Notes: generated by a model not told the origin, from the letters alone. DNA of 64,000 nt from Desulfobacca sp. 4484_104 (GCA_002049795.1 MUKC01000009.1:6721-70720); one strand, 5' to 3'; shown: positions 18,049-29,489, counted from the stretch's first letter. Made by a program: numbers and translations.

Positions 18049-20631
18049 TTATGGATCTACCGGATTTCCCGATGCCGTTCCCGGTCCACAGCTGCTGAAC
18101 AGCCCCAGTTGCCCGGCACCCGGGGCCGCGGCGCGGCGCCGCGGCCGGGCCAGACGGGGGAAGCCCAACTGATCCAGGGTCCCGGCCTCGATATTTTCCA
18201 GCACCTCCTGGGCCCGGTCAATCACCCCCTCCGGCACTCCGGCCAGGCGGGCCACCTGGATGCCGTAACTCTTATTGGCTGCCCCCGGTCGTAAGTGGTG
18301 CAGGAAGACGATTTGGCCATCACCTTCCACCACTGCGACATGTAAATTCTGCACCCGGGATTTGAGGCGGCTTAAGGCGGTCAATTCATGATAATGGGTG
18401 GCAAACAGGGTCATTACTCCTACCCCGGCAAAATCGTGCAGATGTTCGGCCACGGCCCAGGCCAGTGCTAAGCCATCGAAGGTGCTGGTGCCGCGGCCAA
18501 TCTCGTCCAGGATGACCAGGCTGCGGGGCGTGGCCTGGTGCAAAATGTTGGCGGTTTCGTGCATTTCTACCAAAAAAGTGCTCTGCCCGCGGCCAATATC
18601 GTCCACCGCTCCTACGCGGGTGAAGATGCGATCTACCACCCCCAGCACCGCGTCCGCGGCAGGGACAAAACTCCCTACCTGAGCCAGCAGGCTGATCAGG
18701 GCAACCTGACGCAGGATAGTCGATTTACCGGCCATGTTGGGACCGGTAATGATCAGCACCTGGGCCTGCCCATCGAGCACAATGTCATTAGGAATAAAGG
18801 CCCCGGTAGGCAGATGTCGTTCAATAACCGGATGTCGGCCCTGGCGGATGCTTAAGCCCGGCGTCTCTTGCAGCCGCGGGCAGGTATATTGATACTGACT
18901 GGCCATCTCGGCCAGGGCGGCCAGGACATCCAGGGTGGCCACCGCCTCCGCCACTGTCTTCAAACGCCCGGACTCGGCCCCGACCCGATGCCGGACTTCT
19001 TTAAAAAGTTGCATTTCCAGTTGTCCCCGGGCCTCCTCCGCGCCCAAGACCCGGGTTTCGTAGTCCTTTAGATCCGCAGTAATAAAGCGTTCGGCGTTGA
19101 CCAGGGTCTGCTTGCGGATATAATCCGCGGGCACCAGATGCAGGTTGGCCCGCGATACCTCCAGATAATAGCCGAATACCTTATTATAACGAACCTTGAG
19201 GGAATTGATGCCGGTGCGTTGCCGTTCCTGGGCTTCCAGGCGGGCAATCCAGTCCTTGCCCTGGCGACTGAGGGCCAGCAATTCATCCAATTCCGGGTGA
19301 TAGCCTTCCCGGATAATGCCGCCGTCTTTGATGGCTAACGGCGGGTCGGCCACCAGGGCCTGATAAAGCAACTGATAGATATCCTGCAGGTCCTCCAGTT
19401 GCGCCTGGGTGGCGGCCAGCAAGGCAGGCAAATCGCCGGTTAAGATGGCCTTTAGCGCTGGCAACAAGGCCAAAGAATTTTTCAGAGCCACCAGGTCGCG
19501 GGGCGTGGCCTGCTCCAAGGCAACCCGCGCGGTCAGGCGCTCCAGATCGGCCATGCCTTTTAACGCCTGCCGCCATTGCTGCCGTAAGCTGCTATTTTTC
19601 TTGAAAAACCCTACGGCGTCAAGTCTGGCCTGAATGTCGTCGATCTTACGCAAGGGGTAGCGCAGCCAGTGGGCCAGCTTGCGGCCGCCCATGGCGGTCA
19701 AGGTCGCGTCCAACAGATCGAGCAGGGAACCCTGGCGGCTGCGGGTCCGGGAGGTCTCAAAGATTTCCAGGTTGCGCAGGGTGGCCTCATCCAGGCCTAA
19801 ATAATCATCAAGGGCTTCGGGGATAAGGCGGATAATATGCCGCGGCGTGGTATTCTGGGTCTCTTCCAGATAGTAGAGCGTGGCCCCGGCGGCCATCAGC
19901 CCCAGGGTATAATCGGCCATTCCAAAGCCATCCAAGAACAGCGTGCCCAATTGCCGGGTCAGTCTTTGAGTGGCAGCTTTAATTTCAAAGGCCTCGGCGC
20001 TCAGATAACGAATACTGGGACTTTGCGGCCCTTCAGGCAGATAACTATTCAGGTCTTCGGCCTCCAGAAAATCCGGCAGCAACAGTTCCACCGGCCGCCG
20101 CTTTCCGAGTTCCTCCCACAAGAGCTGTCGATCCCGCCCCTCGGCAACCCGAAAGTCGCCGGTGGAAAGGTCTAAGTAGGCCAGGCCCCAGGATTTCTGG
20201 TTCCAGGTAACCGCGGCCAGATAGTTGGCCTCGCAGGCCGCCAGGTTAGCGGGGTCAACAATCACCCCCCGGGTCAGGATGCGGGTGACCTGGCGTCGCA
20301 CCAGCCCCTTGGCCTGGCGCGGATCCTCCACCTGTTCACAGATGACTACCCGAAAACCCTGATCCAACAGGCGGGAGATATAGCCTTCAGCGGCGTGGCA
20401 GGGAAACCCGGCCATGGGGATGGGCTCTTCCTCGGCCCGGCTGCGGCTGGTCAGGGCGATATTCAGGGCCTGGGCTACCTGACGGGCATCATCAAAGAAC
20501 ACTTCAAAAAAGTCGCCCATCTGGAACAACAGCAGCGCATCCTGGTGCTGGCTCTTGACCTCCAGATACTGGCGCAGCATGGGGGTGATTTTCTCAGACG
20601 GCCCTTCCGACATAAATACATTATATCGCAA
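18049..20631 (-). CDS. mutS: DNA mismatch repair protein MutS
   Basis: TPMLRQYLEVK N terminus and Walker A GPNMAGKST. 860 aa. The start may be the Met at 20613. Confidence 0.95.
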   Translation of the reverse strand: MRYNVFMSEGPSEKITPMLRQYLEVKSQHQDALLLFQMGDFFEVFFDDARQVAQALNIALTSRSRAEEEPIPMAGFPCHAAEGYISRLLDQGFRVVICEQVEDPRQAKGLVRRQVTRILTRGVIVDPANLAACEANYLAAVTWNQKSWGLAYLDLSTGDFRVAEGRDRQLLWEELGKRRPVELLLPDFLEAEDLNSYLPEGPQSPSIRYLSAEAFEIKAATQRLTRQLGTLFLDGFGMADYTLGLMAAGATLYYLEETQNTTPRHIIRLIPEALDDYLGLDEATLRNLEIFETSRTRSRQGSLLDLLDATLTAMGGRKLAHWLRYPLRKIDDIQARLDAVGFFKKNSSLRQQWRQALKGMADLERLTARVALEQATPRDLVALKNSLALLPALKAILTGDLPALLAATQAQLEDLQDIYQLLYQALVADPPLAIKDGGIIREGYHPELDELLALSRQGKDWIARLEAQERQRTGINSLKVRYNKVFGYYLEVSRANLHLVPADYIRKQTLVNAERFITADLKDYETRVLGAEEARGQLEMQLFKEVRHRVGAESGRLKTVAEAVATLDVLAALAEMASQYQYTCPRLQETPGLSIRQGRHPVIERHLPTGAFIPNDIVLDGQAQVLIITGPNMAGKSTILRQVALISLLAQVGSFVPAADAVLGVVDRIFTRVGAVDDIGRGQSTFLVEMHETANILHQATPRSLVILDEIGRGTSTFDGLALAWAVAEHLHDFAGVGVMTLFATHYHELTALSRLKSRVQNLHVAVVEGDGQIVFLHHLRPGAANKSYGIQVARLAGVPEGVIDRAQEVLENIEAGTLDQLGFPRLARPRRRAAAPGAGQLGLFSSCGPGTASGNPVDP

Positions 20632-20738
20632 AATGGCCGGGGACGGGAAAGGTCTTTCTCACATTACTTCGTTGCCAAGTACAACTTGGACACGAGGTTA
20701 AAAAACTGAGTTTAACGATCGTAACAAATAAGGGGGCA

Positions 20739-20761
20739 GGGGGCCGCGACCTCTGGCCCCC
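20739..20761 (-). terminator. Hairpin downstream of alaS
   Basis: GGGGGCC / GGCCCCC 7-bp stem with a 9-nt loop. On the minus strand it is followed by CCCCTTATTTGTT. Confidence 0.4.
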
Positions 20762-20778
20762 TCTCCCGAAAATCAAGC

Positions 20779-23418
20779 TTAACGCCCTTTCCGGGCGATG
20801 ATGTCGTAGGCCTGCTCTAAGGCGACGGGGACCTTGTCCTTGTCGGGGCCGCCGGCCTGGGCCATGTCGGGGCGGCCGCCGCCGCTGCCGCCGACCACTG
20901 CGGCCAGTTCTTTGATGATCTGATTGGCATTAAAGCGCGGGGTCAGGTCTTTGCTGACCACGGCGATCAGCATGGCCTTGTCCGCGGCTTGGCTCCCGAG
21001 CACAATGATGCCGCTCTTTAAGCGGTCTTTGAGTTTATCGGCGTAATCCCGCAGGCCCTTGGGGTCGGTCACTTCCACCTCCAGGGCCAGGACCGGGATG
21101 CCGTCCACCGGGCGGACCTGATCGAGCAAGTCGCCCGTGCGAGCCGCGGCCAGTTTGCCCTGCAAGGCCTCGATCTGCCGCTCCAAATCCTTCTGGTGCT
21201 GCATGAGCTTGTCGAGCCGGGCGACGATCTCGCCCCGCCCCACTTTGAGCCGCTGGGCTACGGCCTGCAGTTCCTGGCTTTCCTGTTGCACCAGTTTTAG
21301 GGCGGCGCTGCCGCAGACCGCCTCAATGCGGCGGATGCCGGTGGCGACGCTCGATTCGGCGACGATCTTGATCAGCCCCACTTCGCCGGTGCGGTTCACA
21401 TGGGTACCGCCGCACAGTTCCTGGCTCAGCTCGGGGATGGCCACCAGGCGCACCGTATCCCCATATTTCTCTTCAAACAGGGCCATGACCCCGCTCATCA
21501 GGGCCTCGGCCATGGGCACCAGGGAAACGCTGACCGGCAGGTCTTCCTGGACCTGCTGATTGAGGTCGAGCTCAATTTGGGCCAACTCTTCGGCGCTCAA
21601 CCCGGAAAAGTGTGTAAAATCAAAGCGCAAGCGCTCCGGGGTGACCAGCGACCCGGCCTGTTTGACGTGTTCGCCCAGACGGCGGCGCAGCACCGCATGC
21701 AACATGTGGGTGGCGGTATGGTGGCGGGCAATCTGCTGGCGCCGGGCCGCGTCCACCTCGAGATGGACCGGATCGCCGACCCGGACCCGGCCGGCCTCAA
21801 TCCGGCCCTGATGGAGGAACAGATCATTGGGCAATTTCTGGGTATTGGTTACGGTAATCTTTAGGCCTGGTGCGGTGATCAAGCCAGTATCCCCGACCTG
21901 GCCGCCGGATTCGCCATAAAACGGCGTGGCTTCGGTAACAATTTCCACCTGGTCGTCCGCCTGAGCCTCGGTTACGGCCTTCTCCCCCCGGATAATCGCC
22001 ACCACCGGGGATTCGGCGGCCAGTTGGCCATAACCCACAAATTGGGTGGCGGGCAACTGTGCTAACTCGCGGTAGCTCGGCGGAATTTCCTCGGGCAGGC
22101 CGCCTTTCCAGGCCTGGCGGGAGGCCTCGCGCTGGCGTTTCATATGGTCCTGGAAACCTTCCAGGTCCAATTCCACCCCCTGCTCCTGGACCACGTCCAT
22201 GACCAGGTCGAGCGGGAAGCCATAGGTATCGTAGAGCTTGAAAATGACCTCGCCGGGCAGGACCTGAGCGCCCTGGGCCCGGACCGTGTCCAGGTTCTCG
22301 GTCAAGAGTTTAAGGCCGTGGTCAAGGGTTTCGGCAAAGCGTTCCTCTTCGTTGTTGACCACCTGATCAATGAACGGCTGGGCGCTGGTGAGTTCGGGAT
22401 AATGCGGCCCCATCAGGTCGATGACCCGATGGCCGACCGGGGCCAGGAAGGGTTCCCGGAAACCCAAAAGGCGGCCAAAGCGCACCGCCCGGCGCAGAAT
22501 GCGACGCAGCACATAACCCCGGCCCTCGTTGCTGGGCAGCACCCCGTCAGCGATCAGAAATGTAATGGCCCGACAGTGATCGGCGATCACCCGGAAGGCA
22601 ACATTACGGGCCTTATCCTGACCATACGGGAGGCCCGCCAGGTCTTCAATGCGGGCAATGATGGGCCGGATCAGGTCGGTGTCGAAGTTGCTTTGCACCC
22701 CCTGAATCACGGCGCTGAGCCGCTCCAGGCCCATGCCAGTGTCGATGCTGGGTTTGGGCAAGGGGGTCAGCTGGCCGGTCTCATCCCGGTTGAACTGCAT
22801 AAACACCAGATTCCAAATCTCCAGATAGCGGTCGCAGTCGCAGCGGCCAATCCCGCAATCGGGGCCGCAGGCCAAGGCCTCGCCCTGGTCGATGATGACC
22901 TCGGAGCACGGCCCGCAGGGGCCGGTATCTCCCATGGCCCAGAAATTATCTTTCTCCCCTAAAGGCACGATGCGGTCCTGGGGCAAGCCTATGAGCCGGT
23001 GCCAGAGGTCGGCGGCCTCCTCGTCCTGATAATAGACCGTGACCCAGAGCTTGTCCGGCGGCAGTTGAAAATGCTGGGTCAACAACTCCCAGGCCATTTC
23101 AATGGCCCCTTCCTTGAAGTAGTCGCCAAAGGAGAAGTTCCCCAACATTTCAAAAAAAGTATGGTGTCGGGCTGTCTTGCCGACGTTTTCCAGGTCATTG
23201 TGTTTGCCCCCGGCGCGGACGCATTTCTGGGAACTGGCGGCGCGGCGGTAGGGACGGCTCTCCTCCCCTAAAAAGACCCGCTTAAATTGCACCATCCCGG
23301 CATTGGTAAACAGCAGGGTAGGGTCATCCGCCGGGATCAGGGGCGAGCTGGGCACCCGGGTATGGCCCTGGGATTCAAAATAAGCCAGGAATTTTTCACG
23401 AATCTCTTGCCCGGTCAT
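20779..23418 (-). CDS. alaS: Alanine--tRNA ligase
   Basis: 879 aa. It begins [25 protein letters not shown] and has class II motifs, an editing HxxxH (HHTATHMLH) and a C-terminal DHHA1 domain. Confidence 0.97.
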   Translation of the reverse strand: MTGQEIREKFLAYFESQGHTRVPSSPLIPADDPTLLFTNAGMVQFKRVFLGEESRPYRRAASSQKCVRAGGKHNDLENVGKTARHHTFFEMLGNFSFGDYFKEGAIEMAWELLTQHFQLPPDKLWVTVYYQDEEAADLWHRLIGLPQDRIVPLGEKDNFWAMGDTGPCGPCSEVIIDQGEALACGPDCGIGRCDCDRYLEIWNLVFMQFNRDETGQLTPLPKPSIDTGMGLERLSAVIQGVQSNFDTDLIRPIIARIEDLAGLPYGQDKARNVAFRVIADHCRAITFLIADGVLPSNEGRGYVLRRILRRAVRFGRLLGFREPFLAPVGHRVIDLMGPHYPELTSAQPFIDQVVNNEEERFAETLDHGLKLLTENLDTVRAQGAQVLPGEVIFKLYDTYGFPLDLVMDVVQEQGVELDLEGFQDHMKRQREASRQAWKGGLPEEIPPSYRELAQLPATQFVGYGQLAAESPVVAIIRGEKAVTEAQADDQVEIVTEATPFYGESGGQVGDTGLITAPGLKITVTNTQKLPNDLFLHQGRIEAGRVRVGDPVHLEVDAARRQQIARHHTATHMLHAVLRRRLGEHVKQAGSLVTPERLRFDFTHFSGLSAEELAQIELDLNQQVQEDLPVSVSLVPMAEALMSGVMALFEEKYGDTVRLVAIPELSQELCGGTHVNRTGEVGLIKIVAESSVATGIRRIEAVCGSAALKLVQQESQELQAVAQRLKVGRGEIVARLDKLMQHQKDLERQIEALQGKLAAARTGDLLDQVRPVDGIPVLALEVEVTDPKGLRDYADKLKDRLKSGIIVLGSQAADKAMLIAVVSKDLTPRFNANQIIKELAAVVGGSGGGRPDMAQAGGPDKDKVPVALEQAYDIIARKGR

Positions 23419-24506
23419 GACGTTTCCTCCGTCTCAGGGATGGGCGGGGGTGCTTGCTTGCGGCCCAGCCGGTAAGTTTCCCGGATCTGGTCTTCGAGCT
23501 GGCCCATCAGGTCAGGGTGGTCGCGCAGATAAAGTTTGGCATTCTCCCGCCCCTGGCCGATACGCTCCTCGGCAAAACTGTACCAGGCGCCGCTTTTTTT
23601 GATGATTTCCAGGTTGGTCGCCAGATCCAGAATATCACCCTCTTTGGAAATGCCCTGGCCGAAGATGACGTCAAATTCGGCTTCGCGAAAGGGCGGGGAC
23701 AGTTTGTTCTTGACCACCCGCACCTTTGTGCGGTTGCCGATAATCTCATGCCCATCCTTGATAGGCGTGCCTTTGCGAATATCCAGGCGTTGGGAGGCGT
23801 AGAATTTTAAGGCATTGCCGCCGGCGGTAGTCTCCGGGTTGCCGAATAATTGGCCGATTTTTATGCGGATCTGGTTGATGAATATTACTGACGTAAGGGA
23901 TTTGCTGATCGCCGCGGTGAGTTTGCGTAAGGCCTGCGACATCAGCCGGGCCTGGGAGCCCATCTGGGGGTCACCCATATCGCCTTCAATCTCGGAGCGC
24001 GGCACCAAGGCCGCCACGGAATCGACCACCGCGATATCCAGGGCGTTGGAGCGCACCAGAATCTCGGCGATTTCCAGGGCCTGTTCACCGGTATCGGGTT
24101 GGGAAATGAGCAGATCCTCGGGCTTCACCCCCAAGCGGCGGGCATAGTTCAGGTCCAGGGCATGTTCGGCGTCGATAAAGGCGGCCAAACCGCCCTCCCG
24201 CTGGGCCTCGGCAATGATGTGCAGGGCCAGGGTGGTCTTTCCGGAGGACTCCGGCCCAAAGATCTCCACTACCCGACCCCGGGGGATGCCGCCGATGCCC
24301 AGGGCCAGGTCCAGCGATAGCGCCCCGGTAGAGATCACCGCGATGTCGGCCAGTTTTTCTTCCGCCCCCAGGCGCATGATGGAGCCGCGGCCGTATTGCC
24401 TCTCGATCTGGCCCAGGGCCTGCTCCAGGGCCTTGGCTTTATCCGGGGATGATGTGGTGGTCATATAATAGTCCTCTAATGTTGGAGTTAGTTTCAGTAG
24501 GGCCAA
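23415..24506 (-). CDS. recA: Recombinase RecA
   Basis: Walker [10 protein letters not shown] and IFINQIR. The likely start is the ATG at 24464 ([25 protein letters not shown]). The stop overlaps the alaS ATG (ATGA). Confidence 0.97.
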   Translation of the reverse strand: MALLKLTPTLEDYYMTTTSSPDKAKALEQALGQIERQYGRGSIMRLGAEEKLADIAVISTGALSLDLALGIGGIPRGRVVEIFGPESSGKTTLALHIIAEAQREGGLAAFIDAEHALDLNYARRLGVKPEDLLISQPDTGEQALEIAEILVRSNALDIAVVDSVAALVPRSEIEGDMGDPQMGSQARLMSQALRKLTAAISKSLTSVIFINQIRIKIGQLFGNPETTAGGNALKFYASQRLDIRKGTPIKDGHEIIGNRTKVRVVKNKLSPPFREAEFDVIFGQGISKEGDILDLATNLEIIKKSGAWYSFAEERIGQGRENAKLYLRDHPDLMGQLEDQIRETYRLGRKQAPPPIPETEETS

Positions 24507-24594
24507 AATTTTTCGGCTAAAGGCAAACTTACCTGTTTTTTTCTGAATAATATACCACTATTTTTTTTGTAGTTTGGCCGCTGGTAAACCAAGT

Positions 24595-25179
24595 TCATTT
24601 CCTCTGGGTCTGGGTTTCTGTGCCCAAGGGCAGGATTTGCAAAGGCGTATAGATTGCCCCTTGGGGGGTCAAGGTGCTGCGAAATAAGATTAAGTTGCTG
24701 ACCCGAAACACCGGAAAGGTGGGTGAGATCAAGGTTTCGAACATCTGACTCAACTTTTCCCGGTGGCGGGGCGACCGCACCCGGCCCAGGGTCAGATGGG
24801 GATTGAATCTGCGGTTCTCGGGGAGATATCCCAGGGTCGCAAAGGCCTGCTCCAGACCATAGTATAGTTGGCTCAAGACCTCGGTCTGGCCGCGGATGCC
24901 CAGCCAGATGACCCGTGGGCTTTTAATGCTGGGAAAGGCCCCGGCACCGGCCACTTGCAGGTCAAAAGGCGGAAACTGGCGGGCTACCGCGGCGGTAGCG
25001 GCGCCGATGGTCTGGACCTCGGACTCTTTAACGTTGCCGAAGAATTTCAGGGTCAGATGAATGTTGCCTACCGGCACCCAGCGCACGTCGGCATTGCTTT
25101 GTTTCAGTTGTTTCTGGACCTGGGTCAAGCCTTTCTGGTGACTGCCAGGCAAATCAATGGCCAGAAAGGTGCGAATCAT
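24595..25179 (-). CDS. thpR: RNA 2',3'-cyclic phosphodiesterase (2H phosphoesterase, LigT/ThpR)
   Basis: Two HxT/S motifs are present (HLTLKF and HLTLGR). 194 aa. Confidence 0.85.
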   Translation of the reverse strand: MIRTFLAIDLPGSHQKGLTQVQKQLKQSNADVRWVPVGNIHLTLKFFGNVKESEVQTIGAATAAVARQFPPFDLQVAGAGAFPSIKSPRVIWLGIRGQTEVLSQLYYGLEQAFATLGYLPENRRFNPHLTLGRVRSPRHREKLSQMFETLISPTFPVFRVSNLILFRSTLTPQGAIYTPLQILPLGTETQTQRK

Positions 25180-26419
25180 GCTGTAACTCCCGTCGCAGCC
25201 AATCGAGGGCGGTCTGGGCGGTCAAGGTTTTGATCTGCTCCCGGTTGCCATGGAACAGGCAGTGCCGGGTCTGAACCTGATCTGGCAAACCCAGGCCGAT
25301 ATAAACCGTACCGACCGGCTTTTCGGGGCTACCCCCGCTTGGCCCGGCAATCCCGGTCACCGCCAAGGCCACCGGGGTGTGAAACAGCTCTTTAACTCCC
25401 AGGGCCATGGCCCGGGCGGTTTCCGCGCTCACCGCGCCATAGTGGTCCAGGGTTTCCGGGGGGACCTGAAGCAGTTCCATTTTGGCCTGATTGCTGTAGG
25501 TTACCACGCCGCCCATGAAATAATCCGAGGCCCCCGGTACATTGGTAAGCCGGTGACTGATCAGGCCGCCGCTGCAGGACTCGGCTACCGCCAGGGTGAG
25601 ACGCTGGGCGCGCAGTTTTTTACCCACCAGTTCTTCCAGGGTAACGGCATCAGTCCCCAACAGGGCATCTCCAGCGGCTTCAGCCAAATCTTGGGTCAGT
25701 CGGTCTAAGGTGGCCTCTAGAACCCGCGGTTCGGGTCCGCGTATGGTCAGGCACAGATGGTTTTCCGGGAAATTAGGGTATAAGCCGACGCTAACCATTG
25801 GATTATCTTTGCAAATCTTATCGAGCAGGACCTCTAATTGGGTTTCGGTCAGGCCAAACATTCTTAAGGTCCGTTGACAGACACTCTGTCCGCCCGAGGC
25901 CAGACTAAGCAGGGGAGGCAGGACAAAGAGGTCGAACAACATCTGCATCTGCTCCGGCACCCCGGGTAAAAAGTAGAGCCAGGTATTCCCATATTTTAAG
26001 GAAAACCCGCAGGCGGTCCCGCCTGGATCCAAAATTACCGCGCCTTCCGGTACCAGGGCCAGGCGGCCATAACGCTCTTCCCAAGGCAAGCCCCGCACCT
26101 TGAGGCAATCCTTAATGCGCTGCAGCAGGTAATCATCCAGACGTAAGGGGAGATTTAAGGTTTGGGCCGCGGCGGCGACGGTAATGTCATCTTCGGTTGG
26201 CCCCAGCCCGCCGGTAATAATAATAAATTGCGAGCGTTGCAACGCCTGGTGTAGAGTCTCCTGAAACAGGGCCACCTCATCCCCCAGGATAGTGATGCAT
26301 TGCAGTACCAGACCGGCATCATGGAGCCGGGCCGCGGCGTAGGGGGAGTTGGTATCGGTGACTCGACCACTGATTAACTCAGTGCCGGTGGCAATAATTT
26401 CTCCGTGCATGCTTATCAA
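25154..26419 (-). CDS. cinA: Competence/damage-inducible protein CinA (MoCF-binding plus PncC-type NMN amidohydrolase domains)
   Basis: GEIIATGTELISGRVTDTNS N terminus and the C-terminal CinA domain AESCSGG. Confidence 0.9.
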   Translation of the reverse strand: MISMHGEIIATGTELISGRVTDTNSPYAAARLHDAGLVLQCITILGDEVALFQETLHQALQRSQFIIITGGLGPTEDDITVAAAAQTLNLPLRLDDYLLQRIKDCLKVRGLPWEERYGRLALVPEGAVILDPGGTACGFSLKYGNTWLYFLPGVPEQMQMLFDLFVLPPLLSLASGGQSVCQRTLRMFGLTETQLEVLLDKICKDNPMVSVGLYPNFPENHLCLTIRGPEPRVLEATLDRLTQDLAEAAGDALLGTDAVTLEELVGKKLRAQRLTLAVAESCSGGLISHRLTNVPGASDYFMGGVVTYSNQAKMELLQVPPETLDHYGAVSAETARAMALGVKELFHTPVALAVTGIAGPSGGSPEKPVGTVYIGLGLPDQVQTRHCLFHGNREQIKTLTAQTALDWLRRELQHDSHLSGH

Positions 26420-26853
26420 ATTAATTTCAGGAGCCGCGCCAACAGCGCTAGCACGATCCAGGCATAGATTCCGGCCAGGACATCATCCAGCACTATCCCG
26501 ACGCCGCCCTTAACTTGGGAATTAATAAGATCAATAGGAAAGGGCTTCCAAATATCCATTACTCGGAACAACAGCAGGCCCCCCAGCATCCAGCCCCAGT
26601 GACGGGGACAGCCTGCCAGGGTGATTAACAGTCCGACTACCTCATCGATGACAATGGCCGGGGCATCACTCTGACCCAGGTAGAATTCGGCCCGCCCGGC
26701 CACCCAGATACTCAAGATCAGCACACCTCCCAGCACTAACCCATATTTGATCGGGGGCAATCCGGCCAGGAACCACCACAAGGGCAGCGCGGCCACCGAA
26801 CCACAGGTGCCGGGCATTAAGGGAAGATAACCCATTCCCCCTACTGTAGCCAA
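26416..26853 (-). CDS. pgpA: Phosphatidylglycerophosphatase A
   Basis: GYLPLMPGTCGS and FRVMDIWKPFPI motifs. The track start is TTG, and the exact start is uncertain. Confidence 0.85.
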   Translation of the reverse strand: MATVGGMGYLPLMPGTCGSVAALPLWWFLAGLPPIKYGLVLGGVLILSIWVAGRAEFYLGQSDAPAIVIDEVVGLLITLAGCPRHWGWMLGGLLLFRVMDIWKPFPIDLINSQVKGGVGIVLDDVLAGIYAWIVLALLARLLKLI

Positions 26854-27029
26854 CCCCAGGATAAGCTTCCTGGTTGATCCTGTCAGCCCTGCCCAGATGG
26901 CCCTGCTAATCGCCCTATCTCCTAATTAACACTTTAAAAATACCTGGATTAACTAAAACTGTCAAGCTTGCGCCCGGTTCCCGGTAAGGTTCCTGATATC
27001 GGTCTGGGACCTGTCTAACTTAAGCGGGA

Positions 27030-27812
27030 TCAGAGCCGCAAGCCTTCCAGGATCTGGGAATGCAGCAGGCCATTGCTGGCCATGACGTTGGGAGCGGTGA
27101 TCTGGAAGGGGTTGCCGCTAAAGGTGGACAGTTGACCCCCGGCTTCGGTAACCACTAACGCCGCGGCCGCGGTGTCCCAGGGCTTTAAATTTTCCTCCCA
27201 GAACCCATCAAAACGACCGGCTGCCAGGTAGCACAGGTCCAGGGCCGCGGATCCGGCCCGCCGCACCCCCTGGGCCCGGGCTACGATCTGACCGAAGCGG
27301 CGCAGGGTCTCATCGAGGCGCTGTCGGACGTCGTAAGGAAAGCCGGTGGCCAACAGCGCCTTGTTCATTTCGGCAATATCCGATACCCGGATGGGTTGGC
27401 CGCTCAGCCAGGCCCCTTGACCGGCCCGGGCTTCAAAAAGCTCTTCCCGCAGCGGATCGTAAACCACGCCATACTGGAGCACGCCCTCCTGTTCAAAGGC
27501 AATCGACACCGCAAACATCGGGAAGCCATGGGCAAAATTTACGGTGCCGTCCAAGGGGTCGATAATCCACCAAGGCCCCGGTCTTGAGGTTAGGGTTCTG
27601 GGGGTAGCCTGCTCTTCGGCCATAATCTGATGGTCGGAAAAGTGTTTCCGGATTTCGCGGATAATCAGTTCCTGACTTTGCAAATCGCTTTGAGTGACCG
27701 GATCGATGACCCCTTTATATGAGATCTGCTTGGGTTGAAAATAACCCTGGCGTAAAAGCTGGCCGGCCGCCAACGCCGCCTGGCGACCCACCTGCTGAAC
27801 TTTATTGAGCAT
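27030..27812 (-). CDS. suhB: Inositol monophosphatase family protein
   Basis: WIIDPLDGTVNFAHG metal-binding motif and WDTAAA. 260 aa. Confidence 0.85.
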   Translation of the reverse strand: MLNKVQQVGRQAALAAGQLLRQGYFQPKQISYKGVIDPVTQSDLQSQELIIREIRKHFSDHQIMAEEQATPRTLTSRPGPWWIIDPLDGTVNFAHGFPMFAVSIAFEQEGVLQYGVVYDPLREELFEARAGQGAWLSGQPIRVSDIAEMNKALLATGFPYDVRQRLDETLRRFGQIVARAQGVRRAGSAALDLCYLAAGRFDGFWEENLKPWDTAAAALVVTEAGGQLSTFSGNPFQITAPNVMASNGLLHSQILEGLRL

Positions 27813-27829
27813 TTACAGGCTCCATGAGA

Positions 27830-28707
27830 TTACTTGGTTAAGTTGAATGCCGGTTTCACTTCGCCTACGACATTTTTTAGATGATTTTTGATTGACGGGT
27901 GATGATAATTGGCCAGGGCGGCGGCCGCGGTTGGGGTCAGGACGCTCAGTTGGTTAAGGACTTCGATGGCGGTGGGGTTGAGACCCCGGGGCTGGCCATC
28001 CGAAATTTTGATTCCTACCCCCAGCCCGGAATCGAGCAGGGCCATGGCATAGCCGCCTTCGGCGCCAGTTTTGGCAAAGACCTTGCCGGGTAAAGCCTGC
28101 ATAATATCGGTGCAAAGACGGCCGTCTCCGGCAACCAGGCGGGGATGGGTCAGACTGGCTTGCATCAGAGTCCATCGATGGCCACGGTAATCTGCTCCCG
28201 GGGTACGCCGGTCACCTGGGCAATGGTATCCAGCACCAGTTGTTGGACCGGGTGCTGGGGGTCGGGATAATTATCCACCGGCCAGCCGTGATGGACACAA
28301 AGGGCCAGCATGGCCACATGTTTGCCGGCACAATTGTTGTGCATGGGAGTGGGCTTTAATCCGGCCTGGGCCAGAGCCTGGGCCGTAGGCCGGTGGGAGG
28401 GAGGGTGAATACCGCATTTTAAATGGTCGACGCTCAGACCTAGCCGATCCAGGACTTTTTGCACCAGGGCGACATGAAAGTCCTGGCCGCTCAAAGAGCC
28501 GCACATAATGGCCAACTCCTCGGGACCAAAGTCAAAGGCCGCAGCGGCGCCAGTCAGCAGCACCGGCAAGGCCTGGATCGGTTTGGCGATCGAACGCAGG
28601 CAGACCCACAGCTCCGGGTCTCCCAGATGATATACCAAGCGGCCGGAACCATCAACGTCAAGGCTTGAGCCGGAATAATTTCCTCGTAGGTTTGATAGTG
28701 ACGCCAA
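27830..28707 (-). pseudogene. Degraded L-asparaginase II-family (PF06089-like) gene: 5'-truncated, internally deleted and frameshifted
   Basis: It is split into two ORFs (28707-28165 and 28165-27830) in different frames. Family motifs are present (SIAKPIQALP, HNNCAGKH, HPRLVAGDGR, KTGAEGGY). The join reads ..AIDGL*/MQASLTHPRLVAG, so the DGC(S) Cys and about 40 residues usually between these motifs are missing. Confidence 0.55.
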
Positions 28708-29489
28708 AGCAGGCGAATGGCCCGAACGGCCAAGGGCAAGGGTAACAAAGCGGCAAACAGCAGGTCCGGCAACCAGTAAACCTCTACCAAAATTAGTAGA
28801 AAGATAAAGGGACCCAACATCAGCCCGGCGTAAACCCAGCGGGAGGCCGCCAAGCCGAGCTGCGCCACCAGATGGTACTTGCCCACCTCTCGGTCGGCCT
28901 CAAAATCCGGGAACTGGTTGATCCAGATGACCGCGGCAATCAAAAACCCGAAGGGGACGCCGGCCATGAAGGCTACAGTCTTCAATTTGCCCACCATAAC
29001 ATAATAGGTCCCCCAAGTGATCAACGGTCCGAACACCAGGAAGATGTCCAACTCTCCCAAACCCCGGCTCATTAATTGCAACGGCTGCGCCGAATAATAG
29101 TAGCCGCCCAGCAATCCCAACAGCCCTAAAACGGCTACCAGCGGGCGGCCCAGGTAGATTAAGGTCAAGCCCGCGGCAATGGCCAGCCCGAAGAAAGACA
29201 GAGCCATGATTTTAATAGTGCCGGCTGAAAACTGTTGGTTTTGGATAACCCGGCTGCCGCCGCTGAACGGGGTTATTTTAAGATTGAGCGGATCACTGCC
29301 CTGGGCGTCGAAATAGTCGTTGATCAGGTTGGCCCCCAAATGTAAAGAGCCCACCCCCAGCAGGGTCAGCCCCAGCATGAGCAGGTCGCCGGTCTTTTCG
29401 GCCCAGTAAGCCAAGGCGCCCCCGGCCAACACTGGCATCAGGGAGCCGGTCAGAAACGGCAATCGCAAAGCTTGCACATAGCTATTCAT
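28554..29489 (-). CDS. menA: UbiA-family prenyltransferase, MenA-like (1,4-dihydroxy-2-naphthoate polyprenyltransferase)
   Basis: NDYFD Asp-rich motif and multiple TM helices. The start at 29489 (MNSYVQALRLPF) has GGAAGGAGA upstream. The last ~35 codons (..WETRSCGSACVRSPNRSRPCRCC) overlap the asparaginase-like ORF out of frame and look like read-through. Confidence 0.7.
   Translation of the reverse strand: MNSYVQALRLPFLTGSLMPVLAGGALAYWAEKTGDLLMLGLTLLGVGSLHLGANLINDYFDAQGSDPLNLKITPFSGGSRVIQNQQFSAGTIKIMALSFFGLAIAAGLTLIYLGRPLVAVLGLLGLLGGYYYSAQPLQLMSRGLGELDIFLVFGPLITWGTYYVMVGKLKTVAFMAGVPFGFLIAAVIWINQFPDFEADREVGKYHLVAQLGLAASRWVYAGLMLGPFIFLLILVEVYWLPDLLFAALLPLPLAVRAIRLLWRHYQTYEEIIPAQALTLMVPAAWYIIWETRSCGSACVRSPNRSRPCRCC

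Noticed and set aside
24465-24506. 14-codon N-terminal extension of RecA from TTG 24506, and absence of recX between recA and alaS
   Set aside because: The ATG at 24464 gives a standard RecA N terminus. The recA stop overlapping the alaS start is an ordinary coupled arrangement.
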